A DNA stretch of 64,000 bases from an uncultured Aminipila sp. (GCA_963524205.1 CAURED010000003.1:129599-193598); one strand, 5' to 3'; positions 17,028 through 26,836 are shown, counted from the first letter of the stretch. Program-made: numbers and translations. Notes: generated by a model from the sequence alone, not told the origin.

Positions 17028-17948
17028 ATGAAAAATGATGAAAAATTATATGTGTATAAAAGTTTTATTCTATTACAATGTCTTATATGGGGAATAGGCA
17101 ACCCCATCACGAAAATCTGCCTAAACTCGGTCACTCCCTTTTATTCTCTTACTATACGATTTACTCTGGCTTTTTTGGTATTCATCCTGTTATTCAGAGA
17201 AAAAATATTAAAAGATATTACAAAAGAAAGCCTGCCAGGGTTATTTATTATCTGTCTTTTTAACGCTGTATCCTTTATTTTTTCAACTTTATGGTTACTA
17301 GCTACTGCAGCTAACATTTCAGGCTTTCTAATGGCTTTATCCGTAGTATTTACTCCGTTCTTGTCTGCTGTGGTCCTTAAGAAAAAAACGAATATTCATG
17401 TAATCGGCGCTATTGCAATTGTGGTGGTGGGAATGTATTTTCTTTGTGGAAACAGCGGTCAATTTCAGTTTGGAATGGGTGAATTATTTGCATTGCTTAG
17501 CTCCATTTCACTGGCTGTTACTTTAATATATAGTTCAAAGCACGTCTGCAGCATAGGTCCTATGGCTCTTTCGACAGCACAAGCAGGCTTTACGGCACTT
17601 ATTTCATTTGTTTTTGCTTTAATTTTTGAGGACTCAACTATTTTGTTTAGTATTCCAGCTTTAGGCTGGGCAACGCTTATATATTTAGCTTTGGGTTGCA
17701 CCTGCATAGCCTATATGCTGCAGAATCATGCATTAAAACAAGTCTCTGCAGTTTTTGTATCACTGTCCTTTTGTATGGAACCCATTTTTACTGCTATAGC
17801 TTCTTATCCTCTTTTAGGGGAAACCTTATCTGTAAAGGGAATATTGGGAGCAATACTGATTATCATAGGCACCGTCATTGCCTCCATTCTGCCATCCTTT
17901 AAAGAGGAAGATATTGAAAAAATTGCGAAACTACCAGATAGCATATAA
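17028..17948 (+). CDS. DMT superfamily transporter, EamA family
   Basis: 10 TM segments with two EamA repeats. ATG 17028 is downstream of the terminator. Confidence 0.9.
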   Translation: MKNDEKLYVYKSFILLQCLIWGIGNPITKICLNSVTPFYSLTIRFTLAFLVFILLFREKILKDITKESLPGLFIICLFNAVSFIFSTLWLLATAANISGFLMALSVVFTPFLSAVVLKKKTNIHVIGAIAIVVVGMYFLCGNSGQFQFGMGELFALLSSISLAVTLIYSSKHVCSIGPMALSTAQAGFTALISFVFALIFEDSTILFSIPALGWATLIYLALGCTCIAYMLQNHALKQVSAVFVSLSFCMEPIFTAIASYPLLGETLSVKGILGAILIIIGTVIASILPSFKEEDIEKIAKLPDSI

Positions 17949-18019
17949 GCATATCGATGGACTTTTGTGTATTTTTTTGATATACTACATCCATACTAAT
18001 AGGTAGGAGAATTTATATC

Positions 18020-18727
18020 ATGAGATTGAATAAATACATTGCGCAGGCAGGTTTGGCCAGCAGACGTAAGGCAGACGAATTTACTGCCAACGGAAACGTT
18101 AAAATAAATGGATTAGTAGTCAAAGAACTTGGATATGATGTGAAGGATGGTGACGTAGTTGAAGTAAATGGCCGAAAAATAGATACTCTAAAACAAAAGC
18201 CAGTTTACATTATGCTAAATAAACCTCTTGGCTATATCACCACTTCGGAAGATGAAAAAGGCCGTCTTACCGTTCAGGACTTAGTTTCTGATGTGGATGC
18301 AAGACTTTTTGCTATAGGCAGACTGGATTATAATACTTCAGGTATGCTGCTTATGACAAATGACGGAGATATGGCCTATAAACTAACTCATCCTAAGCAC
18401 CACATTTATAAGACCTATCGTGCCAGAGTATCTGGAGTGCTTTCAAATGAAAGGATTGCGAAACTTAAAAATGGTGTTGATATTGGAGGTTTTGTTACTT
18501 CAAAAGCAAATGTTAAAGTAATCAAACAGGGTGACCGCTCTGCTATCGTGGAAATTCAGATTTATGAAGGAAAAAACCGTCAGGTAAGAAAAATGTTTGC
18601 CGCCGTGGGAAACAAAGTTCAGGAACTTGAAAGAGTTGCAATTGGCGAATTGTTTTTAGGCAGACTGATGTTAGGACATTACCGCAAACTTACACCTAAA
18701 GAAATTGAATACTTAAAAAACTGCTAG
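18020..18727 (+). CDS. pseudouridine synthase, RsuA/RluB family (S4 domain + catalytic domain)
   Basis: MRLNKYIAQAGLASRRKAD (S4 domain) and the GRLDYNTSGMLLMTNDG catalytic Asp motif. Confidence 0.9.
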   Translation: MRLNKYIAQAGLASRRKADEFTANGNVKINGLVVKELGYDVKDGDVVEVNGRKIDTLKQKPVYIMLNKPLGYITTSEDEKGRLTVQDLVSDVDARLFAIGRLDYNTSGMLLMTNDGDMAYKLTHPKHHIYKTYRARVSGVLSNERIAKLKNGVDIGGFVTSKANVKVIKQGDRSAIVEIQIYEGKNRQVRKMFAAVGNKVQELERVAIGELFLGRLMLGHYRKLTPKEIEYLKNC

Positions 18728-18745
18728 TTCCCTAGCAGTTTTTTA
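18715..18745. terminator. bidirectional intrinsic terminator between convergent genes
   Basis: CTGCTAG - ttcc - CTAGCAG, flanked by A6 on the left and T6 on the right. Confidence 0.7.
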
Positions 18746-18785
18746 TATTTAGACCTATATTCCTTTCTATATTTCACATACCCTT

Positions 18786-21700
18786 CTATATGTTTACCTT
18801 CATATCCTGTTCACGGAGAATGTCCTGCCTACGGGCTTTTTTTCTATCGACCATGCTATAGTATACAGGAAGCAGTACCATTGACAATACCGTTGACGAA
18901 ATGACTCCACCTATATTTACCAAAGCCAGGCCTTGCATCATTTGTCCGTCACGTGCCAGTGGAATCATAGCCACTACAGCGGTCAATGCAGTCATTACAA
19001 TAGGTCTCATACGGGTTACGCCCGCTTCAATCAGTGCCTTTTCAAGTGGCATTTCCTCCCTATACTGCCTAGCTGTATCAACATACAAGATTCCATGATT
19101 TACGACATTACCTATCAGCATCAGGAAGCCCAACAGCGAAGTCATGCTTATTGATACATCAAACAGGAACAACAGCAGGAATGAGCCGATCAATGCCAGC
19201 GGTATAGCCGTCATAATCATAAGAGAGAACCGTGGTGATTCAAACTGGGCAGCCATAACTACAAACAAAAGAAATACTGCAGTTGCCATGGCTTTTCCTA
19301 AGGATGCAAATTCTTTACCCATCATGTCATTGATAGAATTGACTCCCATAGCAACACTTCCTGACATATATTTCCCAGCAACTTCCTTATTTAATAATTC
19401 TTTTGTGTCCTTACCTGCTTTATCCGTATAGTCGGCATCGATGGTTACGGTATATTGCTTATCTTCTCTTGTGATGGAACTAGGACTGTCCTCATAGTGA
19501 ATATCCGCTACATCAGATAATGCTACCGATCCGCCCTTTCCATTGGAAAGGACAATTCCCTGAACCTTATCAAGGGTGTCATATTCGCCATCTGAGAACT
19601 CAACTTTTACGTCAGTGTCTTCGCCGTTTATTTTCATAGTAGTAGCTTTTACTCCACTAAGCATATTATTTACGGTCTGCCCAATCAGCATGGGCGATAA
19701 ACCTTCAGCCTTAGCCTGTACAGAGTCTACGGATATTTTGACCACTGGTGCAGCATTTTCTAAGCTTGAATGCACCTTGGTCACTTCTGGTCTTGTCTTC
19801 AGCTCTTTAACCACCTTATCTGAAGCCTGCTTTAAATCATCATACTGAGTACTCTTTAAGATCAATTCATATCCATCACTGTTTTGCATCGTTGATGTAG
19901 ACGATCCTACCTTCATGGTAATATTACAGTTTCTTATGCCATTCATAGAAGGTTTCCAAGAATCCATTACTACATTTGAATCTTTTACTTTATCCTTTAA
20001 ATATGCGGTTAAGGTTGCTCCTGAATTGCCTTCCAGTGAAAGTCCGCTTCCCCCGTAAGTGACCATATAAGAATCTACATTCTTGTCACCCGCTACGACT
20101 TTCTCAACCCCTTTTAATACATCATCCACCTTTTCTATACTCAATCCCGGTCTTGTCTCTATGGATACTGCAACAGTACCATTATCCCCAGCGGGAATAA
20201 GTTCCACAGCCAGCTGTGCAGCTATGGTAAATGAAACTACTAAAATAGCCACCGTAGCAATTAGTGCCGCTTTACGCTTTGGTAAAATAACTCTCATCAT
20301 TTTACGATATTGTATCTGTAGAGTTCTTATTGCCTTTTGGGCTGGAGCATTTGTTTTTTCTTGCGGTCTATACATATAATAGCAAAGAGGCACTATACTA
20401 ACCGCAGATACAAATGAAGCAATCATACAAAATACAATAGTAAATCCCAACGGCTTAAACATTTGTCCTGTCAGACCTGATAAAAAAGCTAATGGCAAAA
20501 ATACAACACAAATTGTTGCTGTAGAAGCAAAAACTGATAAATAAACTGTTTTCGTTCCTTCAATAGCCGCTGTTTTGTAACTTCTGCTCAATAAGCTACC
20601 TTTATTTGCCGCCTCAATATAGCCCGAATCATACTCTTCGTCTGGAATTGAATTAATGGATCTAAAGCAGCTTTCTAACACTACTATAGAGTTGTCTACC
20701 AGCAGTCCTACACCAAGAACCAAAGCCCCCAAGGTAATAGTATTTAATGAAAATCCTAAAAAGTTCATCATAATCAGTGCTGTAAATATGGATATTGGTA
20801 TAGATGTCCCTACGATTAGCGAAGCCTTTATATCTCCAAAGAAGAGATAAATAACTATCATAGAAATAATAACCGCTAATATAAGAGTCTCAAATACGGA
20901 GTTTAGGGACTCCATAATATTATCTTTTGTATCATTGACTACGATAATATTCAAGTTTTTATCTGAGTTTTCAAGTTTCTCCACCACTTTACTCACTTCT
21001 TTGGAAACATCCACTGCACTGCTGCTCTGCTGTTTTTTAATGTCTAAGGAAATGGTATCCTTTCCGTTATATCGGCTTATACTGCTTTGATCGTCAAAGG
21101 CCTCATAAACGGTTGCAACATCTTGCAGCTGCACCACACTTCCATTTGGTACATTTATGGGAATCCCACTGAGACTTTCTATATCATCATAATCTGCCCC
21201 TGTTGTAACCGAATATTTCATATCTCCGGCTTTAGTGCTTCCTGCGGGATAAGAGAAATCACCATTTGCAATTGCCTGAGAAACATCACTCATTTTTATG
21301 CCATATTGGTTTAATTTTTCTGAATTTATCTCAATTTTTATGTAAGAAGCCTGCCCCCCTGAAACATCCACGCTGGCTACCGAACTGATTTTCTCAAATT
21401 CTGGTACAACCTTTTTATCTACATAATCATATAGATTAGACTGTGCTTTATTGCTGACAGACATGGTAACAACTGCTGTATCACTGAGATTAATCTCCAT
21501 GATATTAGGAGTCTTCGCATCATCCGGTAACTCATCCGCAAGCCCATCCATTTTCTTTTTTAAATCGATATAAGCTTCATCCATATCCGTGCCATATTCG
21601 TACTGGATCATTACCATTGAACTGTTTTCATTAGAAGTTGAGGTTACTTTATCCAATCCGCTTAACGTGTCTACCGCATCCTCTATAGGCTGTGATACTA

Positions 21701-21884
21701 ATTCATCTATATCTTCAGGACTTGCACCTGCATAAATCGTACTTATAAGCATTATCGGCATATTCATTTCTGGATTTTCCTCTAATGTACTGCTGGCCAC
21801 CGAAGATAGTCCGAATACTACCAAGCACAGTACGCATAGGACTGCTGTTACTGGTCTTTTTAATACAAATTTAGTTAACCCCAT
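18786..21884 (-). CDS. RND efflux transporter permease (AcrB/HAE family)
   Basis: 1032 aa, 12 TM segments with two large extracytoplasmic loops. N-terminal FVLKRPVTAV is typical of AcrB-like pumps. Confidence 0.92.
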   Translation of the reverse strand: MGLTKFVLKRPVTAVLCVLCLVVFGLSSVASSTLEENPEMNMPIMLISTIYAGASPEDIDELVSQPIEDAVDTLSGLDKVTSTSNENSSMVMIQYEYGTDMDEAYIDLKKKMDGLADELPDDAKTPNIMEINLSDTAVVTMSVSNKAQSNLYDYVDKKVVPEFEKISSVASVDVSGGQASYIKIEINSEKLNQYGIKMSDVSQAIANGDFSYPAGSTKAGDMKYSVTTGADYDDIESLSGIPINVPNGSVVQLQDVATVYEAFDDQSSISRYNGKDTISLDIKKQQSSSAVDVSKEVSKVVEKLENSDKNLNIIVVNDTKDNIMESLNSVFETLILAVIISMIVIYLFFGDIKASLIVGTSIPISIFTALIMMNFLGFSLNTITLGALVLGVGLLVDNSIVVLESCFRSINSIPDEEYDSGYIEAANKGSLLSRSYKTAAIEGTKTVYLSVFASTATICVVFLPLAFLSGLTGQMFKPLGFTIVFCMIASFVSAVSIVPLCYYMYRPQEKTNAPAQKAIRTLQIQYRKMMRVILPKRKAALIATVAILVVSFTIAAQLAVELIPAGDNGTVAVSIETRPGLSIEKVDDVLKGVEKVVAGDKNVDSYMVTYGGSGLSLEGNSGATLTAYLKDKVKDSNVVMDSWKPSMNGIRNCNITMKVGSSTSTMQNSDGYELILKSTQYDDLKQASDKVVKELKTRPEVTKVHSSLENAAPVVKISVDSVQAKAEGLSPMLIGQTVNNMLSGVKATTMKINGEDTDVKVEFSDGEYDTLDKVQGIVLSNGKGGSVALSDVADIHYEDSPSSITREDKQYTVTIDADYTDKAGKDTKELLNKEVAGKYMSGSVAMGVNSINDMMGKEFASLGKAMATAVFLLFVVMAAQFESPRFSLMIMTAIPLALIGSFLLLFLFDVSISMTSLLGFLMLIGNVVNHGILYVDTARQYREEMPLEKALIEAGVTRMRPIVMTALTAVVAMIPLARDGQMMQGLALVNIGGVISSTVLSMVLLPVYYSMVDRKKARRQDILREQDMKVNI

Positions 21885-22938
21885 TTACAGATGCCCCCTC
21901 ATAAAGTTCAGAACTCCATGTTGCTATAACCTGATCAGAATTACTTAAACCAGTAACAACCTCTATATTTTTATCATCTGATATTCCGGCTTCAATAAAT
22001 ACCTTGTGTGCTTTTCCCTTTTCATATGTATAAACAAGCGCCTTGCCATTTTCATAATAAACAGCGCTGGCAGGTATAATCATAACATTTTCTACCTTAT
22101 CTGAAGTTACATAAACCTTTGCAGATGTTCCTGTAGCTAAAGCAACTTTTGGATCAAGTGTTGCTTTTACTTTAAATAAACCAGAAGTCTCATCTACCAT
22201 AGTGCTAATTTCACTGATAATTCCTTCATATTTAGTGCCACTCTTCTCTAATATCAGCTTATCCCCTACCTGCATCTTTTTTGTAATTCTTTCGGTGGCA
22301 TCAAAAGTTACAATTTTTTCACTGCCACCAGATATAACACAAAGTTTTGTCTGTGGGCTAACATTATCATAAACCTCTACATCGCATGATTCTACCAAGC
22401 CACTGGTTGAAGCTGCAATTGTGCTGTAACCTGATTGGTTGTTATAGTCATTAACTGCAGATTCATAAGACAACTGCGCTCTAGATAATGCATTTTTACC
22501 ATCTTCATAACTTTGAGTGGAAATATCTCCACTTGCATAAAGTGCTTCTGCCCGTTCCATGGCAGTCTTTGCATCTGATAAGGTTACCTGCTGGGTCTGC
22601 ATACTAATTCTTGTTGACTCTAACTGTTTATTTTCAATAGTGCATATCACCTGTCCTGCTGAAACAGTTTGACCGGCTTTAACCTTTACACTAGTCACTC
22701 CTCCTGAAATATCAGGGTAAACCTCTTCCACTTTAGAAGGTTCTACTGTTCCTATAAGCGAACTTGTGAGTTCTATATTGCCCGTCTTAGGTTTTACAAC
22801 CTCCACTGTTGGAGGTGTAGCTTCTTCATACGCTGACTGCCTTCCATCAAGTATTCTAGGCACAATTGCTATAGCAAGCACAATTATTACTACAGCAATA
22901 ATTATTATTTTCATCTTGCCTTTTAATTTACCTTTCAT
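21871..22938 (-). CDS. RND efflux periplasmic adaptor (membrane fusion protein)
   Basis: TM anchor, lipoyl/hairpin/beta-barrel pattern. Overlaps the pump gene by 14 nt. AAGGGAG RBS before ATG 22938. Confidence 0.85.
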   Translation of the reverse strand: MKGKLKGKMKIIIIAVVIIVLAIAIVPRILDGRQSAYEEATPPTVEVVKPKTGNIELTSSLIGTVEPSKVEEVYPDISGGVTSVKVKAGQTVSAGQVICTIENKQLESTRISMQTQQVTLSDAKTAMERAEALYASGDISTQSYEDGKNALSRAQLSYESAVNDYNNQSGYSTIAASTSGLVESCDVEVYDNVSPQTKLCVISGGSEKIVTFDATERITKKMQVGDKLILEKSGTKYEGIISEISTMVDETSGLFKVKATLDPKVALATGTSAKVYVTSDKVENVMIIPASAVYYENGKALVYTYEKGKAHKVFIEAGISDDKNIEVVTGLSNSDQVIATWSSELYEGASVNGVN

Positions 22939-23110
22939 ATATACTCCCTTCATTATTACTTTTGCAATTTCTTTTTCTATAGTTTTTGTTTATTAGAGTG
23001 GCAGCCAAAACTTTAACGAAATTGAGCTTTGTATTTTAGCGGGTAAACTTTATTACAAATTATGGTCTTGAATCTGCCACATATACAACAATAAAGTATG
23101 ATTAGAAACT

Positions 23111-23180
23111 GAATATAAACAAATTGGTAAATTTTAATAATTTATTTATTGTTCATGTAAATTTGTTTATATTCATGTAA
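23111..23180. promoter_or_regulatory. repeat cluster in the divergent RND / kinase promoter region
   Basis: 15-bp inverted repeat GAATATAAACAAATT (23111..23125) / AATTTGTTTATATTC (23160..23174). Direct repeats TTCATGTAA at 23152 and 23172 (20-nt period) sit where the -35 would be for an extended -10 (TGGTAAAAT, 23189..23197). Confidence 0.35.
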
Positions 23181-23218
23181 TAAAGCTATGGTAAAATATT
23201 ATTAATCTATAGTTAAGG

Positions 23219-24304
23219 GTGGTGTATATATTGAAATTAAACTTTTGGACAAGAATTTGGGTTAAAATTTGCTCTAAAATGGGCAAAAAAGCTTTGGCTC
23301 TTATGTTGTCTTTTATTGTTTTTATAATTTTATTCTTAACAATGAGTATTGTAGGATTTACTATTTTTTTAATGTTCGAACATGGCATTTTACATGAAAT
23401 AACTGAACCCACCATCTTAGGCCCAATAATAGTTCTGATAATAAGCAGTACTGTTGTGGGGACTACATTAACGGCTATCCTAAGTCGAATACCTTTAAAA
23501 CCCATACGGAAAGTTGTGCATGCCTGCAATAAAGTAGCAGAAGGGGATTTTAATGTTCGGCTTCCAGTATCCGCTATTGATGAATTTAATGGTTTTTCTA
23601 GAAGTTTTAATCGTATGGCAGAAGAACTTGGCAGCCTGGAGATGCTTCGTTCTGACTTTGTCAATAATTTTTCCCATGAATTTAAAACACCTATAGTCTC
23701 TCTTCGTGGATTTGCTAAAATATTAAAAAGCCCTGATTTATCAGAGGAAGAACGAAATGAATATTTAGATATTATTATCAGCGAATCAGACAGATTAACT
23801 GAGCTTGCAACCAACGTGCTAACACTGACAGCTATAGAAAATCTTAACATTATTTCTTCAAAATCAGAATTTGATTTATCAGAACAAATTCGCCGAAGCG
23901 TCTTAATGCTTGAATCCAAATGGTCTAATAAAAATCTAGAACTGATTATAGATATGGATGACATTTCTTACCTTGGAAATGAAGATCTTTTAACCCAGGT
24001 ATGGATTAATCTTATAGACAATGCTATCAAGTTTTCTCCAAATAACAGTAAGGTTAAAATTAAACTTAAAACATGTGAGAAAGATGTACTCTTTAAAGTT
24101 ATGGATAATGGTTATGGCATAGATGAAGAAAATCAAAAACATATTTTTGACAAGTTCTATCAGGGTGATAAATCTCATTCAATAGAGGGTAATGGTTTAG
24201 GCCTGGCTATTGTCAATAAAATTGTTAAACTCCATGGTGGTAAAATTATAATAGAAAGCGAAGCTGGAGTTGGCACCGTGTTTACAGTAACGCTTCCTCT
24301 TTAA
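23219..24304 (+). CDS. sensor histidine kinase (2 TM, short loop, HAMP, HisKA, HATPase_c)
   Basis: H-box SHEFKTPI, N-box DNAIKFS, G-boxes DNGYGI / GLGLAI. The likelier start is TTG 23231, 8 nt after AAGGGTGG. Confidence 0.88.
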   Translation: MVYILKLNFWTRIWVKICSKMGKKALALMLSFIVFIILFLTMSIVGFTIFLMFEHGILHEITEPTILGPIIVLIISSTVVGTTLTAILSRIPLKPIRKVVHACNKVAEGDFNVRLPVSAIDEFNGFSRSFNRMAEELGSLEMLRSDFVNNFSHEFKTPIVSLRGFAKILKSPDLSEEERNEYLDIIISESDRLTELATNVLTLTAIENLNIISSKSEFDLSEQIRRSVLMLESKWSNKNLELIIDMDDISYLGNEDLLTQVWINLIDNAIKFSPNNSKVKIKLKTCEKDVLFKVMDNGYGIDEENQKHIFDKFYQGDKSHSIEGNGLGLAIVNKIVKLHGGKIIIESEAGVGTVFTVTLPL

Positions 24305-24424
24305 GGATAGCAGATACTTGCATAAGGATGGTGAAAATAGAAAGTGGACAACCAAGCCAATAACGGCGAGGTTGCCCACACTTACATAATAATCAAGATT
24401 AGTTTTAGCAGATCCTACTGTATT

Positions 24425-25639
24425 CTATAAATTTGCTGCTACAGTCCCAACTCCCATGGATAAGTTATAAGTCTCTACTGCAAGTTTAAAAGAAAGCAAT
24501 GCATTTGCCTGATTTAACTTTGCATTATTTAAAGCAAGCTGTGCCTGCTGAACATCAGAAATAGTCACCATTCCCAAATTATACTTTCTATTTGTCGTAT
24601 TCAATGTATCCTCTGCTCTCTTTAAAGTACCTTTCCCTGTCTGAACAGAATTATAGGCATCCATCATGGAATCATATTTCTTTCTTACATCAAGCTCTAT
24701 ATCTGTAGGCTTGTTTTGATTAGCGATTTCAGCATTTAAAAGTAGTGTTTTAGCACTTATGTATTTAGAGGAACTGGAAGGATATGCCTTGTAGCTGTTG
24801 AGATTTAATTGTGAAATCTTAACATTGTAAGCTACTTCTTTCATTTCAATTCTATTCTTTAAAGCAGATGCAATTGCGTCTGTCAAACTTGTTTTTGGTA
24901 ATTCAATCTCCTGTATTTGGTCAGTCAGAACCACCTCCTGAGAAATATCATATCCTAAATACGAATTAAAGCTTAACCTTAGTTGCTGCAAGCTGTTTTG
25001 AGTTGCTTCTAACTGAGTTTGAGCATCTTTTTTATCTTTTTCAGCATTGTCTACGTCACTTTTAGATACAATTCCAACCTTATATTTTCTCTTAGTAGTT
25101 TCTAAAAAGTCTTTCTTTAGTTGTAAACTTTCTTTAGCAATTCCCACCTGAGTTTCTGTATTCTTTAATGTATAATACTTCTGAAAAGCCTCCTGCTTCA
25201 TTGCATTTACCCTTGCTTGGTTATTCGACTCAAGCATTAAATTTGCAAAATCACGTCTTTCCTGAGCTACTAATTTATTGGAAGAATCATATCCAGCAAT
25301 AATAGCATCTGATTTTTCCATTTTACTAAAACTACTTGCCGTTTCGCTGTAGCCTTTAGCCACACTTTGATCCGTTTGTTTTTGTAATTTAATAACTTCC
25401 ATAGTCTTACTGCCTTCCAATTTTTTATAGGCATCATCTAGGGACAAGTTTACTTTTTCCAGCTTTATTGCTGGCTGAGTTGTTTCAACTGGTGCTATTG
25501 CGCTTCCCGTCGTCGCACTTTGTGTAGTTAAGTCTTCTACCTTTACACTATCAGTTGTTGCAGCCGAAGACAGTATAGGGACAGACATTGTTGATACCAT
25601 ACATACTGATAAAATCCACATAACATACTTTTTCTTCAT
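24425..25639 (-). CDS. TolC family (outer membrane efflux protein-like) protein with signal peptide
   Basis: Two internal repeats, each with LSLDDAY / LTDAIASAL-type starts and Y..G..S..DV..A......A coiled-coil motifs (RKYKVGIVSKSDVDNAE; RKYNLGMVTISDVQQAQ). Confidence 0.72.
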   Translation of the reverse strand: MKKKYVMWILSVCMVSTMSVPILSSAATTDSVKVEDLTTQSATTGSAIAPVETTQPAIKLEKVNLSLDDAYKKLEGSKTMEVIKLQKQTDQSVAKGYSETASSFSKMEKSDAIIAGYDSSNKLVAQERRDFANLMLESNNQARVNAMKQEAFQKYYTLKNTETQVGIAKESLQLKKDFLETTKRKYKVGIVSKSDVDNAEKDKKDAQTQLEATQNSLQQLRLSFNSYLGYDISQEVVLTDQIQEIELPKTSLTDAIASALKNRIEMKEVAYNVKISQLNLNSYKAYPSSSSKYISAKTLLLNAEIANQNKPTDIELDVRKKYDSMMDAYNSVQTGKGTLKRAEDTLNTTNRKYNLGMVTISDVQQAQLALNNAKLNQANALLSFKLAVETYNLSMGVGTVAANL

Positions 25640-25733
25640 TGTTGATTTCTCCTTTTTACTTGTAGAATTTTTAGATAAAGGAGCAAAAGCTTGCCCACTA
25701 AATTACTTTCAATATGTGGTATTGTATAAAAGA

Positions 25734-25782
25734 AAGATTAACTGAAGATAAATTTTCCAAAAGTTTATCTTCAATTAATCTT
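25734..25782. promoter_or_regulatory. 23/24-bp near-perfect palindrome in the TolC-like / response-regulator divergent region
   Basis: AAGATTAACTGAAGATAAATTTT - cc - AAAAGTTTATCTTCAATTAATCTT, with 2 mismatches. Confidence 0.4.
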
Positions 25783-25874
25783 TCACATTTATGCTAATAG
25801 AAAAATATTTGATAATATTGATTGGTAATATTATTGTTTTATTGTAAAATTGTAATGGTACAGGAGGTAAAATA

Positions 25875-26549
25875 ATGTTTCGAATATTAATAGTAGAAGA
25901 TGATACAAACACAAGAAAATTAATGAAAGCTGTTTTATCCACTAATGGTTATATGACATTTACTGCCTCTGACGGACTTGAAGCATTAGAAGTTCTAGAT
26001 ATAGAGCATATCGATTTAATTATTCTGGATGTTATGATGCCTAAGATGGATGGCTATGAGCTTACAGAAGAGCTGAGGACTTCTGGTTATCAATTACCTA
26101 TTTTAATGGTAACGGCCAAACAACTGCCTGCTGACAAAAGAAAGGGTTTTATAGTAGGTACAGATGATTATATGACAAAACCAGTAGACGAAGAGGAAAT
26201 GCTTCTAAGAATTAAAGCCCTTTTACGACGGGCGCAGATTGTAAATGACCATAAACTTATTATTGGAGAAGTTGTATTAGACTATGACGCTTTAACCGTA
26301 TCACGAGGCGGCGAAAATCAGACATTACCACAAAAGGAATTTTATTTATTATATAAATTACTAGCTTATCCTAATAAAATATTTACCCGTATTCAACTGA
26401 TGGATGAAATATGGGGTATGGAATCAGAATCAACAGATTATACAGTAAATGTCCATATAAACAGGTTGAGGAAAAGGTTTGAAAATTATCCTGAATTTAC
26501 CATTGAGACTGTACGAGGACTTGGTTATAAAATCGTAAAAAACGTATAA
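25875..26549 (+). CDS. OmpR/PhoB family response regulator
   Basis: REC domain (DLIILDVMMPKMDG) plus a winged-helix C-terminus (VRGLGYKI). Confidence 0.92.
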   Translation: MFRILIVEDDTNTRKLMKAVLSTNGYMTFTASDGLEALEVLDIEHIDLIILDVMMPKMDGYELTEELRTSGYQLPILMVTAKQLPADKRKGFIVGTDDYMTKPVDEEEMLLRIKALLRRAQIVNDHKLIIGEVVLDYDALTVSRGGENQTLPQKEFYLLYKLLAYPNKIFTRIQLMDEIWGMESESTDYTVNVHINRLRKRFENYPEFTIETVRGLGYKIVKNV

Positions 26550-26554
26550 ATATA

Positions 26555-26836
26555 CTATACAATTTCACGATTAACAGAAACTACTTCCGCCTCAGTATTA
26601 CCCTCTATAAAGTTTAGGACATTATCCAAAATACTGTTTGCATGAGCTGTTTCATCTGTTACGCAGGATATTCCTATAACAATTGCTTGATGCATATCCT
26701 GCTTATCCACCTCTGCTATTGATATGTTAAATTTGTTTCCTGCCTTTGCGCATATACTTTTCACAACCATGCGTTTTTCCTTTAGGGAATGTACCCATGG
26801 AGCATGCAGTTCTATTATCATGGTTCCTATAATCAT
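26555..26836 (-). CDS. DUF503 (YlxP-like) family protein
   Basis: 93 aa; MIIGTMIIELHAPWVHSLKEKR is characteristic of DUF503. Confidence 0.75.
   Translation of the reverse strand: MIIGTMIIELHAPWVHSLKEKRMVVKSICAKAGNKFNISIAEVDKQDMHQAIVIGISCVTDETAHANSILDNVLNFIEGNTEAEVVSVNREIV

Noticed and set aside
23173-23964. 263-aa minus-strand ORF opposite the histidine kinase gene
   Set aside because: It lies entirely antisense to a well-supported kinase CDS. Its Ser/Ile/Leu-rich, low-complexity composition is typical of shadow frames in AT-rich DNA. It has no RBS.
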